DNA from: Camelus dromedarius
Lineage: Eukaryota
Direction: 5' to 3'
DNA length: 64,000 bases
NCBI RefSeq assembly: GCF_036321535.1
Contig: NC_087436.1
Location: 26,228,001 to 26,292,000, forward strand
Shown here: positions 51,830 through 64,000 of the stretch, in pieces
How the letters are laid out: each line of letters opens with the position of its first letter
Numbering within the stretch: position 1 is the first letter of the stretch
The notes under the pieces: generated by a model
What the model was told of the DNA's origin: nothing
Databases searched by the model: none
Seen by the model: only the letters and a program-made list of their open reading frames with translations
Program-made: the position numbers and the translations under genes

Positions 51830-54250
51830 TTTTAAAAATGTTTATTTTGAGATAGTTGTAGACTAACATGTAGTTTTAATAAATAGGTCAGAGCAATTCT
51901 GTATAAACTTTACTCAGTTCCTTCCAGTCTCAATATCTTGCATTACTTGTAGTATATCAGAAGCAAGAAATAGACATTGATACATCACTGACCTTATTCA
52001 GATTTGACAAGTTTTATATATACTCATTTGTGTGTGTTTGTATGTGTATTTAGTTCCTTGCAATTTTATCATATTATCTGTGTGACTATGACCATAGTCA
52101 AGATACAGGATAACTCCATTATAAGGATTCCTCTTGCTACCCTTCTATAATGAGAGCTCTCTTCCTTACCTCTGCCTCTCCCTAATACCTGATTACCACT
52201 TACCTGTTCTCCATCCTTATAATTTTTTCATTTCAAGAATGTTATATGAATTCAATGATATACAACCTTTTGAGTTTTTTCCCATCACTCAGCATAATTC
52301 TTTTATGATCTATCCAAATTTTCATATGTATGAATATCCTGTTCCTTTTTAAGACTGCATTGTATTCCATGGATTAGGTGAACTGTAGTACTATATTTAA
52401 CTATTCGTACAATGAAAGAATTTAGTTGTTTCCAGATTTGGACTATTAAAAATAAAGCTGCAATGAACATTTATCTATGATTTTGGTTGAACATAAATTT
52501 TCACTTCTCTAGAATAAATGCCCAAGAGTGGAACTGCTTGGTCATATATAAGCAGATGTTTCGTTTTTTAAGAAATGTCGTACCTTTTCCAGAATACATG
52601 TCCTATTTTACATTCCCACCAGCAATGTATGAGGGATCTGATTCTTGGACGTCCTTGATGGCATATGATATAATCACTATACTTGGTTTTAGCCATTCTT
52701 ATTGGTGTGTAGTAAATATTAATGTGGTTTTAATTTGTATTTTTCTTATGACCAACAATATTGAATATATTTTCATATGTTTATCTGATATCTCTATACC
52801 CTCTTAGTTAAATAACTGCTTTGTCTTCTATTTTCTGATTGGATTATTTGTTTTTTCACTGTTAACTAAAGAGCTCTTTACATATTCTAGATATCTTATG
52901 TTGGATATGACTTTAAAGTATTTTTTCTCAGTTTGTGCTTGATTTTTACCCTTTTTACTGAATCTTTTACAGAGAAAAGTTTTTTTTTTTTAATTTTCAT
53001 GAGGTCCAATTTATGATTTTTTCTTTTAATGGATTGTGCTTTGGTAACAAGTCTAAGAACTTGCCACTTAGCTGCAGGTCCCAAAGAATTTCTTTTATGT
53101 ACTTTTCTAAAAGTTATACAGTTTCATGTTTTGCATGTAAGTTTATAATCCATTTTGAGTTACTTTTGTATTACAGTGTGATATTTAAGTTGAGGTTCTT
53201 TTCTGCCTTTTCCTCTTTCTTTTTGCCTATAAATATCCAATTGTTTCAACACTATTCACTAAAAATTCTATACTCTATCCATTGAATTGCTTTTGCATTT
53301 TTGTCAGTCTCAGGCACATATTTATAGGTCTATATTTCAGTTCTCTATTCTGTTTCATTGATCTGTGGGACTGTCCTCCAACAATACCACACTGTCTTCA
53401 TTACAGTCACTTTATAATAAGTCCTAACACCAGAGTGACTCAATTTCACTGACTTTTTTTAAAGAACCAGCTATTAGCTTCATTGATTTTTCTATTGTTT
53501 CCTATTGAAAATTGAAAATTTTATTAATTTTTGCCTTAATCTTTATTATTTCCTTCCTTTGGTTTGCTTTGTTTTTATTTTACAGTAACTTTTTTTTTTC
53601 TGAAGGTAGAATACATGTTATTGGTTTGAGAACCTACCTTGTGTCTAAGGTAAGCATTTAGTGCCATAAATTTCTCTTTTAGCACTGTTAGTTGAATTCC
53701 ACATATTTTAATATCTTTTATTTTCATTCAGTTCTACATAGATTTTTTAAACTTCCTTTTGACACTTTCTGTTGGCCTCATGGATTAATTAGAAGTGTGT
53801 TGTTCATTGTCATGTGTTTGGAGATTTCCTCTTATCCTTCAGTTATTGAGTTCTATTTTGATTCCATTATAGTCAGAGAACATAATCTGCATAATTTTAG
53901 TTTCAGTTTGTTGAAATTTGTTTTTGGCCCATGATATAGTCTATGTTGGTGAATATCTTCGGGAAAAAAAATGTATATTCTGCTGTTGTTGGCTGGAGTG
54001 TTCTATATGTTAGATCCTGGTGGTTGAGTGTAATCCATTTTTTCCATATACTTATTGATTTTCTGTTTAGTAGCTCTATCAGTTGACAAGAGAGGGATAT
54101 TGAAATCCCTAACTGTGATTGTGGGTTTGTCTGTTTCTCTTCGGGTCTATCTGTTTTTGGTGTGTGTATTTTTAGGCTCTCTTGTTTGGTGCATACACCC
54201 ACAATTTACTATTCTTATGTCTTTATGATTGATTGGTCGTTTTATCATTA
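51830..54250 (-). mobile_element. Old LINE-1 (L1MC3-like) 3' end and internally deleted ORF2
   Basis: ttattttgagatagttgtagactaacatgtagtt...gaaatagacattgatac 3'UTR; EN-domain remnant DLTYRTLQPTTAEYTFF in ORF 53903..54202. Confidence 0.85.
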
Positions 54251-54754
54251 TAAAAATAAATTTTAATGGTAATTATTAATTATGTTGCCTTGTATACTTT
54301 TCAAGGAATCTTAAGCAATGTAATCTACATAAATTAATAATTAAATAGGGAAGCCTCAAACCCTAGTGCAGTAGTTAGGACAAGTTATTTGAACTTTAGC
54401 CAATGTAACTGGAAATACATTTTATAGTGTGGCAATAATAAGACACCAAAAAAGAGTCTTAGACTTTGTGCAAAGAAGTTTATATGGTACGTGTCTACCA
54501 TTTTCATTCATAAATTAGTAAAATTAGTCATGTGGGTGTGTTGATGTGCATGTATACGTATATTGAGCAGCTATTGAATAAGAAAGAGCTACTTACTATG
54601 CATATGGATAATGGTAGACACACTTGCAGTGTGATTGTGATATTACCTAACAAATTAGTCTGACTAAGCTACCAGTAAACTCCTTGGCTATAAACAGCAA
54701 GAGATAAGTAAAAGATAAAACAGCTCTGGTTATAATATGATCTTCTCATCTCTA

Positions 54755-54975
54755 TTTTTCCCTGAAATTTTGTTGAGATGCAATTGACATATAACACTGT
54801 ATAAGTTTAAGGTGTACAGTATAATAATTTGACTTACATATATTGTGAAATGATTACCACAATGAGTTTGGTTAACATCCATCATCACATATAGATACCT
54901 AAAAAATGGGATCTTTTTTCCTTGTGATGAGAACTCTTAGAATCTACTCTCTTAACAACTTTCATATATACCATA
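54755..54975 (-). mobile_element. LINE-1 3' end fragment (L1MA9-like)
   Basis: ttgagatgcaattgacatataacactgtataagtttaaggtgtacag...gtgatgagaactcttagaatctactctcttaacaacttt. Confidence 0.85.
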
Positions 54976-56302
54976 GTGAGCCTCATCTTTGTTTCATGTT
55001 GAGATATTAATCAGCTAATATTTGTAATAGTTATGTTGTCAGTTATTATAAAAGTTACTTCAAGCCTTAGGTTTTCTTTTTTTCCACTAATGGATGCAAA
55101 CAAACAAACAAAACAAATATGAATAAAGTGGCAGGGACTAAGGATCCTGTTTTTAGGTTTAATGTTTTAATGGCATGTGTCACAGTGATAGAAAAAGGTT
55201 TCATTTTATAAAGATAGTTGTTATAAGAAAAAAGTAATGCTTATATCTAAATCCATGTATTAGTTTTGCACAGTTCTTGCTTTTAAGTGGAATCTTTTAC
55301 AGATTCTGTGTTTTATGTTTATTTTTTTATTTCGGTTTTAAAAGCCAAGTTGTCTAATTTTTTCTACATATTTCCAGTTACATCCTCACAAACTTGAGAA
55401 TGCAAAAGGTGACTTACATTAGTGATTATGGTGGTCACATAGAAGTCCCTAGGGCCACTTCAGTTTATCTTTATTTGTTTACAGAGACAAATAAATGACT
55501 GGATGGTGTAGAATCAGATCAGCATCAGGACCAACATTTTCCTATCCATTTCTAACCAGGGAACGAGTGTGCATCTGTGTGTGCAGGTGCTATCATTTTC
55601 ATAGTTTAAAAACTTTGTTTTAAAGTAAGGGGACTTTTACCACAATAATCCTCCATCCTCCTCTTAGACTTCTTCCCTTCAGTGATTCTGTTTGGCACCT
55701 TATGGGTTCTACAGAATCCTTTTCATGGAATTATTTGTAACCATGCTACTCTATATTTGACTTTTGGCGTGTCAGTCAGTAGATAACCTATATACTTGAG
55801 ATGTTCAAAATACTTGGTAACTATGGTAGTTGAAGTTTTATATCTATACCTACATTTGTGTTGATATCTATCAGGCTCAGAGTGGGAGGTTTGTGTGGTG
55901 ATACCTGAAAGGGGAAGAAACTTAGTTCTTATTTTCAGAATCTTTTTATATCTAGGACTGATTTCTAAAGACACTGTGGCTTAGGTCAAAACCCCTTGGG
56001 CTATAGAAATTGAAAAATAAAATTAACCTGTGTCCAATACTTCTTATACTTCTTTAAAATGTCATATTAAAAGTTTTTGACAATTAATATAAAGTATAAA
56101 ATGACAGTATGATTTGTGGCACTCTGCAGTATCAGCTGCCCGCAGAGTCACTAATCAACAGGAAGGAAATGAATCTTGATCTTGGTTACTTAGCTCAACA
56201 TCAGAAACTAAATTTTAGATTTCCTTTGAACACCTATTGTTGACTCAGTAAATGTTGTTCAGTGATTGACAGGTTCTATATGAGATGTGAGGGTGAAAAA
56301 GT

Positions 56303-56836
56303 TGTATTAGCTATCTATTGTTAACATAAGAAATGACCCCAAAACTCAGTGGCTTAAAACAACGAACATTGGCTGTTTCTGTGAATAAGGAATCCAAGTG
56401 TGACTTATCTCTGTTTCGAGGTCTCCCAGAAAGCTGCATTCATGATGTAGGATGGGGTTGTAGTTGCATCTGAATATGTGTCTGGGAGAGGACTTGCTTT
56501 CCACACTCATGCATGTGGGAACCCACAGGATTCAATTCATCACCAGTTATTGGTTGAAGGACCACCTTAATTCTTTGTCGTGAAGCCCTCTCCATGTCAC
56601 AGATGAAAACATAGCAGGTAGCTGGATTCTCTCTGAGTACGTGAACAAAAGAGCAAGAGAGGGCACCCAAGGCTGAAGTCACTTTCTTTTTAATCTTGGG
56701 AATTCCGTCCCCTCACTTTTGCTTCATTTAAGTCCCTAAGTCTAGGTCACGTTCAAAGAGAGGGGATTATACAAGGGAATGATAAAAAAAAAGAGGCAGG
56801 GATTATTGGGGATCATGTTAGAAACTACCTATCACA
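56303..56836 (-). mobile_element. MaLR solo LTR (MLT1F-like)
   Basis: tgtattagctatctattg...ccccaaaactcagtggcttaaaacaac ... ggattattggggatcatgttagaaactacctatcaca. Confidence 0.8.
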
Positions 56837-59101
56837 AGGGTGTTGTTAACAATGCTGATGTACACAAATTATTTTCTTTAAAAATCCGTTTGATTTTTTT
56901 CTCTCTCACACATGTGATTAAAGAAAATACAGGTAAATGAACAGGAGAACAGACACACTCTGAAGATAATCCTGTGGGTAGCTATGGGATAGGGTGGGAA
57001 GTTAACCATATGAAAGAGAAGATTAATAAATTTAAATGCTACAGATGCATGATATCTCACTTTCTAATGTTTTAAAATATCAACTCACTAAATGTTTTAA
57101 AATATCAACAGATTTCCACCAGCATTTAAGACTATATTTAAAATTCAACAAAAGACAACCAAATTTTGAATTTCTGATTTTAAAATAATTTTCATAGCAT
57201 TGATTTTTCCCATAGTGGGCAAAGAGATATCCAGTTACCATGTTTTGTCTTTATACAAATTGTTGAACAAAGTATAGACAACACTAGATCAAAAGAAGGC
57301 AAAATGTCTTTGCATAAAATGATAAGGGACTGTTTCATTAGTGAAGATTCCCATTCCCACACTTTAGAAAAATCAAGGTTGTGTTAGACTTGTTATTTTT
57401 ATTTTGTAGTTGTTTGCTGCTAGTTCTTAGGTAAAGCATTACATTTTTCTCCTGAAATGGCCCCTGTTTTTAGTTTAGTTAATTGGAATGCCAGTTTATT
57501 TTATTACCGAAAAATTTGCTTACAGAGTGCACTAAGATGCAATGTGACTATAATTATAAATGTCAGCTGGTTGTGATATCTTCTTTCTTTCCATGACTTC
57601 AGAATTTGGAATCCAATATTACATCGTATTGATTTTTTGGTAAAATCTCTTATTGTTGTTGTATGCAATATTGAACCATTGAATCCCTTCCCTGCTGTGG
57701 AATTAGATGTGTAACCATTGTCTCATAATGAATATGCTGCCTAACAATAGAGTCCTTTATAAACACAACAATAACATTTTGAATTTCATCATTATGAAAG
57801 ATTAGAAATGTACAATTTAATTCCCAGGGTTTTAGCGTTAATATGATGCTAGCTAAAATATTTACATTTTCAGTGCCAGTTTAATTAAGCATATTCATTG
57901 TCTTGAATCAAAACGTAATTTGCACTGGGTTTAAATATTTCAGCATTATGTTTGTACAGAGTTTGAACGCTGTCACAGACGGTCCTTAGAGTTAATTTTA
58001 AACTCTAGTAAATGAGTCATTTTAAGCTAACCCAAGCTTCTTGGTGCGTTGCAACACAGCTTTACATTTCCTGACAAATTGAATTCCAGCCAGGTGTCAC
58101 TCTTTAGAATCCCCAAGGTTTATCTCTGCCCTTTCTGCTCTGACATATGCTTTTGACATACCCAGAAAATTGTGTGATAGAAACCTGTGGAGTGGTAATA
58201 CCCTCTACAGCAGGGGTCAGCTGTAAAGAGCCATTAATGAGGCCTCCCATAAACAAACTGGTTTGAGCAGTGACTGTGGTGGAGGAAACAAAAAGAGATA
58301 TGATCTACTATTATGTGTTGCATACAGTGCGAGGCTCTTACAACCCATTCTTCAGAGTGTTTTTCCAACAAATGAAAACAAGCTGATTTTTTTGTCCATC
58401 TCTCCCTGAAGAGAATTATTTGAACTTATTTGAATTTTTTTCCTCTCAATTTGAAAAGTATTCAATATTTACTTTTCTTGATGTTTCACAATGGATATGT
58501 TATCTACTATCTATCTTCATTAAAGTATATCACATTTTGAAGATATGTCAAAGCACTTGAACTAAAATCAATAAGTATGTATTTAACTCGCAATAAACAG
58601 TTCCTAGTGGACCCCACCCTGTAGATTAATTGGGAGTGAGAATAATGAAGAACAAGAAAGGACATAACTACCCACAATAAATAAAAACTATCAAGTGATA
58701 TTATTTAAATTAACCCATGAGAAATAAACAGAATATCCTGGTACAATAATATTATAAAGTTGTATTTACATATAATCTGCTTATGTTTGTCTCACTGACC
58801 CCAAATATGAATAAATGTAATAATATACAGCTAAATAAAATAAAGGATTATAGCATCAGTCACTACATAATGAAATGCTGACTTGTAGAGCTACCCAAAG
58901 GCTCTGCACTGTTTCTCCTTCCCACATCACAAGTCTCCTTGACTACTCTAACCACCTTTCTGTCTAGTCTTAACTCAAGTTCAAAGATTCTGAATTAAAG
59001 ACTTTTCATTTACAGATCTCTCTCATTTCCTCATCCTAATTAATTCTAAGATAATAATACTAAGATAAAAATACCTGAGAGGTTATATTAATGTGGAAAG
59101 T

Positions 59102-59147
59102 TGTGTGTGTGTGTGTGTGTGTGTGTTGTGTGTGTGTATGTATGTGT
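59102..59147. repeat. (TG)n microsatellite
   Basis: Directly visible. Confidence 0.95.
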
Positions 59148-59644
59148 AAATGACATCATTCTAACTGCCTTGTCAATGACTTAAATATAGAAGCAATGCC
59201 TTAGAAATTTACCCCTTGGGGAAAAAGCAAAGACATTATTTATAATTTTTATAATTCCCCAATAGGTAAAACAGTCTTACTTTGATTAGCCTGGTTTTGA
59301 ATAGATTTGGAGCAATCTCAGCTCTCAAATACCCTTTTTCTGAGTTCTTTGTAGCTTTGATTTGTCATTTGATATGCCATAAACAAAGCACACCAGGGAT
59401 GAAACCCAGCTCCTCCCCTCAGTGGGCTATGTTTCCTAAGAGAGGGACAGGCTTGTGCTTAACTCTGCTGTTAAGTGTTCTTGTCTCTTCTTACCATTAC
59501 AGTCCTCCAAGTGTCTTTCTGGAGTCTTAAAATACACACCATGAATAAACTCCCCAAAGCCTCAAACCTAAGAAAGAAGTATGAAAAGGTGAAGAAGATT
59601 GGGTATATGCAGTCTAGTGATATATTTTTGACTGCCCAAATCTT

Positions 59645-61007
59645 ATTTTTTTCTAATTTTGATAAATAATTAATATACATCGTTCTATTAGCTTAAAATG
59701 TAGAGCACAGTGATCTGATTTACATATATTATGTCATGATGACCACAAAGGTTTAGTTAACATCCATTGCCTCATATACATAAAATAAAAAGAAAAGAAA
59801 AAAATTCTCCTGTGATGAAGACTCTTAGAATCTACTCTCTTAACGACAATATATTATACAGCAGTGTTAACTGGTCATCACGTTGTATATTCCATCCCCA
59901 GTTTTTAGCTTATAAGTGAAAGTTTGTACCTTTTAACTACCTTCCTCTAAATCTCCTTCCCCTAACTCCACCTCCTGCCTCTGGTAACAGCAAATCTGGA
60001 CTCTTTTTCTATGAATTTGAGCTTTTTGTTCTTGTTTTCTTTTATAATCCACATAGAAGTGAGATCATACAGTGTTTGTCTTTCTCTGCTTGATGTATTT
60101 CATTTAGCATAATGCCTTTAAGGATCATCCATGTTGTTGCAAATTGTAGGATTTCCTCATTTTTTATAACTGGAAAATATTCCATTGTGAGTGTATATAT
60201 ACACACTTCTTTATTCATTTATCAATGGATGGACAACTTAGGTTGTTTCCATGTCTTGGCTGTTGTAAATAATGCTGCTCTGAACAGGTATCTCTTTGAG
60301 TTAGTGTTTTTATTTCCTTTGAATATATTCCCAGAAGTGGAATTTGCTGGATCATATGATAGTTACATTTTAAATTTTTGTGGAATCTCTATACTGTTTA
60401 CCATACTGGTGTCCCAATTTACAACCTCCCCTCAACAGTGCACAAGGATTTCCTTTTCTCCACATCCATGCTAGCATTTGTTTATCTTGTCTTTTTGATG
60501 ATGGCCATCCTAACAAGCATGAGGTGAAATCTCAGTTTGATTTTAATTTGCACTTCCTTAATGACTAGTTATGTTGAGCATTATTCACATTTCTGTTGGC
60601 CATTTATATATTTTCTTTGGAAAAAAATCTAGTCAGGTTCTTTGCCCATTTTTAATTATATTTGTTTTTTTGCCATTGAGTTCTATGAGTCCTTTATATA
60701 TTTTGGATATTAACCTTTTATCAGATATATGGTTTGCAAATGTTTTTCCCATTCTGTAGGTTGTCTTTTCACTTTGATGATAGTTTCTTTTTCTGTGCAG
60801 AGGGTTTTTAGTCTGATGTAGTTCCACTTGTTTATTTTTTATTTTGTTGCTTTGCTTTAGGTGCAAAATCCAAAAAGTTATTGCCAAGACCAACATCAAG
60901 GAGCTTTTTTCTATGTTTTTTTTTTTTTATGGGAGTTTAATCGTTTTAGGACTTACACTTAAGTCCTTAATCCATCAAGAGTTAATTTTTGTGAATGTTA
61001 TAAGATC
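59645..61007 (-). mobile_element. LINE-1 3' fragment (L1MA9-like)
   Basis: 3'UTR shared with 54755-54975; ORF2 C-terminal remnant KTFANHISDKRLISKIYK in ORF 60633..60899. Confidence 0.9.
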
Positions 61008-61795
61008 TAAAACCTAAACTATTAGAATATCTTTAAGAGAAAGTAGAAAGCACTGGGGTCACCAAACACACAAAACACTAGGAGTCACATAAGTGGTTCT
61101 TCATCTTTTTGTTTTATATCACCCAATGATAACATGACTCAGTCGTATAAATACTGTATACAGACATTCACATGAATTAAAGATTCTCAGTATATCCTTT
61201 ACATGAGAAACAGTAAATGAAAATTATAATAACAAAGTATGTAGAGATTGTTACAGTAGTAATGGAATACTAGTATTATTATCAAACGTGGAATGATTAA
61301 ATAATATTTAACATATAACATTCAGAATATTGATTAACTTTTATTTCTCTCTATCTTACATTGAGATTATGTTATTCAGTTGTTGCAATTTAACTTGTAC
61401 ATATATACAGTGGGATCGACATCAAAGGAATCTGTTTAATGGCTCATGTGCTTGCATTTCCTGAGAGTTTCATTGCAATGAAAACCTCCAAAGGGAAACA
61501 CCTCCCTTGGTTAACACAGCTTCTCTGATTACTGTTCCAAAGTTGTACCTTTTACTCTGGGGAAGTGGCAAATGAACCTCTCCATGGTCCTCTCTTCAGC
61601 AATGACAGATTCCAAGGTTTTGGACTTGGTTCATAATGACTTAAACTATATTTAAGTCTTGCCCCAAGACTTAACCTAACTTTGTAGAAATGACAAGAAT
61701 CTTAAAATCATGAATATCTATTATGTCAGTGATCCCTGTCCTAATGGTCTGCTTTAAAAAAGGAATTGAAAATACATGAAATATTTTATATCATA

Positions 61796-62562
61796 TAAGA
61801 ATGTTAACTGGTACAGCCACTATGGAAAACAGGATTGAGGTTCCTCAAAATATTAAAGGAACTACCATATGATCCAGTAATCCCACTTCTGAGTATATAG
61901 CCAGAGGAAATAAAAACAGAATATTGAAGAGATATTTGCACTCCCATGATCACTGCAGCATTATTCACAATAGTGAAGATATGGAAATAACCTAAGTGTC
62001 CATCAATGGATGAATGGATAAAGAAGATGTGGTATGTGTGTGTTTACAATGGAATATTATTAAGCCATGGGAAAGAAGGAAATCCTGACACTAAGACACT
62101 GTAGATGGACCTTGAGGACATCATGCTGAGTAAAATAAGCCAAATAAAGAAAGGCAAATACTGCATGGTGTTATATATGGAATCTTAAAAAAAAAAAAAG
62201 TCAAATTCGTAGAAATACAGAGTAGAAAAGTGGTTGCCAGGGGCTAGGCAGGAGGTAGGGAGGAAATTAGGGAGAGATCAGTAAAAGAGTACAGACTTTA
62301 GCTATAAGATGAATAAACTCTAAAGATCTAATGTAAAATATGGCAACTGTAGTTGATAACACTGTATATATAATTTAAATTTGCTGAGAGAGTAGAACTT
62401 AGGTGTTCTCATCAAAAAACAAAAAGGTAAATATGTGAGGTGATAAATATGTTAATTAACTAGATGATAGGAGTTCTTGCACAGTGTATATATGTATAAA
62501 ATCACTATGACATACACTTTAAATATCTTACAATTTTATGTCAATTTTATCTCAATAAAGAA
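61796..62562 (+). mobile_element. 5'-truncated LINE-1 (L1MA-type) with TSD
   Basis: ggtacagccactatggaaaac...gaactaccatatgatccag...ctcaataaag plus A tail; aaatattttatat is duplicated at 61779-61791 and 62563-62575. Confidence 0.9.
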
Positions 62563-64000
62563 AAATATTTTATATTACAGTATAATTTCCAAATTATTTA
62601 TAATTTTAGAAAGTTAAAATAAGTTGTATACACAAAATTAATGGGATATTATTGTTGAAATAAAATATTTATAGAAATTTTCTAATATAATGAAAAATGC
62701 CTATGTTAAATTAGATTCAATAATTATCATGAACTTTCAAAAATGTAATTGCTGTCTTAAAGCAATTAAGTAAATATTGAGGACATTTACTTTCCATTAT
62801 TATAAAACTAAAAAAATGTTATGTGGATAATTCACATTTTGTTTTCTGAATTGTGACAAAGAAGGGTTATTTTCAAAAGAATCTTTTCCACTATGCATCA
62901 GGGACAATTCAGACAAAGGTATTATAAAAGATAAGAATCCTAAAGGCTGATATTCAGATTTCATTTAGCCCTTAGAATGTTATTATGAATAAAATTATTT
63001 TTTTAATTCTAGGTTTAAAAAAATAGTGCATGAATTTAAATCAGTGTCATCTACAAAAATGGAAGAGAAGTTTTCTATGCTTGCTTCAGTATACTTGATA
63101 ATTCAGTATTTTAGAATATGGAATACACAAAAAGAGAATTAAGAGAACATAGATGTAAGAGATAATGAGAAAGAGAGAGAGAGAAAATGAGGGAAAATGA
63201 CAGAGAGGAAAAATGTGTGTGTGTGTGTGTATATATATATATTTAGTAACAAAAAAGAAATAAACAGTTCTTATCAAAGATTTAAGTACCATGTAGTGCA
63301 TGAAACATATTTGTGGGAAATGTGGGCTTTTGCTTTGTTAAAGGAAAATTAAAATTTAAGCAAGTGTACAAAAAAAATCTCTGATGAGGCAATCTATTTG
63401 ATTAAGGATTCAAGGGTAGAAACATTAAAGCTAGGTATGGTTCAAAGCACTCACACCGTCTCAGTGTGGCTTTGCTCTGAGAGCAAGCACAGAAGTTATT
63501 TGATTGATGCACCCTTTCCTTCTCCAGTGTCTACAATTTGCGTTCCAAATGAAAGTCAGGAAACATACACAAGATCATTTTTTGGAATGAAGTGTGGAAT
63601 ACAAATTAAGGTAGCTTAATTTTTTTAAATGCTTGATTTCTATTTTCCCGTCCATTTTTGTTTTCAATTGCCTTATGGGTATGAAGAGTTACTGTTAGTT
63701 TAAAAAAAGAAGTGCTGGTTTTGGATGTGACAAATTTCAAAAGAATAAGATTCATATCAAAGGACCGCATTATCACACAGTTAGGGGGTGAGGCATAAAT
63801 TCAGCAACGTGATTCACTGCCAGTGTATAATAGCAGGATAGCACCTTAAAAACTGCACACACTGCTATGCCTTTTCTAACAAAAATAAAAAGAGCAGATG
63901 AACAAATGGCTACTTTTCTCAGCAGCTCTGTGAGATGCTTAGGTGCTAATGTTTCTAAATGAAGAGAATAGAAGTGCCACAGCTATTTTAGAGACCTTAG

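Noticed and set aside
59645..62562. Oppositely oriented L1MA pieces as one inverted insertion
   Set aside because: Each has its own 3' end, ~800 bp of unique DNA separates them, and the second has its own TSD; independent insertions.

Overview
AT-rich mammalian non-coding DNA. It is probably camelid, judged from two tRNA-Ala-derived Vic-1-type SINEs. I see no intact protein-coding gene; most of the window is decayed LINE-1, L2, MIR, MaLR LTR and DNA-transposon sequence. Four structures stand out. (1) A processed HADHB pseudogene (minus strand, 13814-16295) is flanked by 13-bp target-site duplications and inserted into a near full-length old L1. Unusually, the retrocopied unit extends beyond the HADHB 5'UTR through the HADHA/HADHB bidirectional promoter, HADHA exon 1 and the start of HADHA intron 1. 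(2) A ~2.5-kb Mutator-like (FLYWCH+MULE, Phantom-type) DNA transposon fossil has 44-bp TIRs, a still-readable transposase and a strong antisense exon-like cassette (32973-35496). (3) A pair of ~190-bp direct repeats encloses a Gypsy-integrase-like HHCC remnant (24459-27432). (4) A younger L1 shows a twin-priming 5' inversion (18041-20299). Repeat subfamily names and parent-gene comparisons come from my recall of consensus sequences, not database searches, and most repeat boundaries are approximate.
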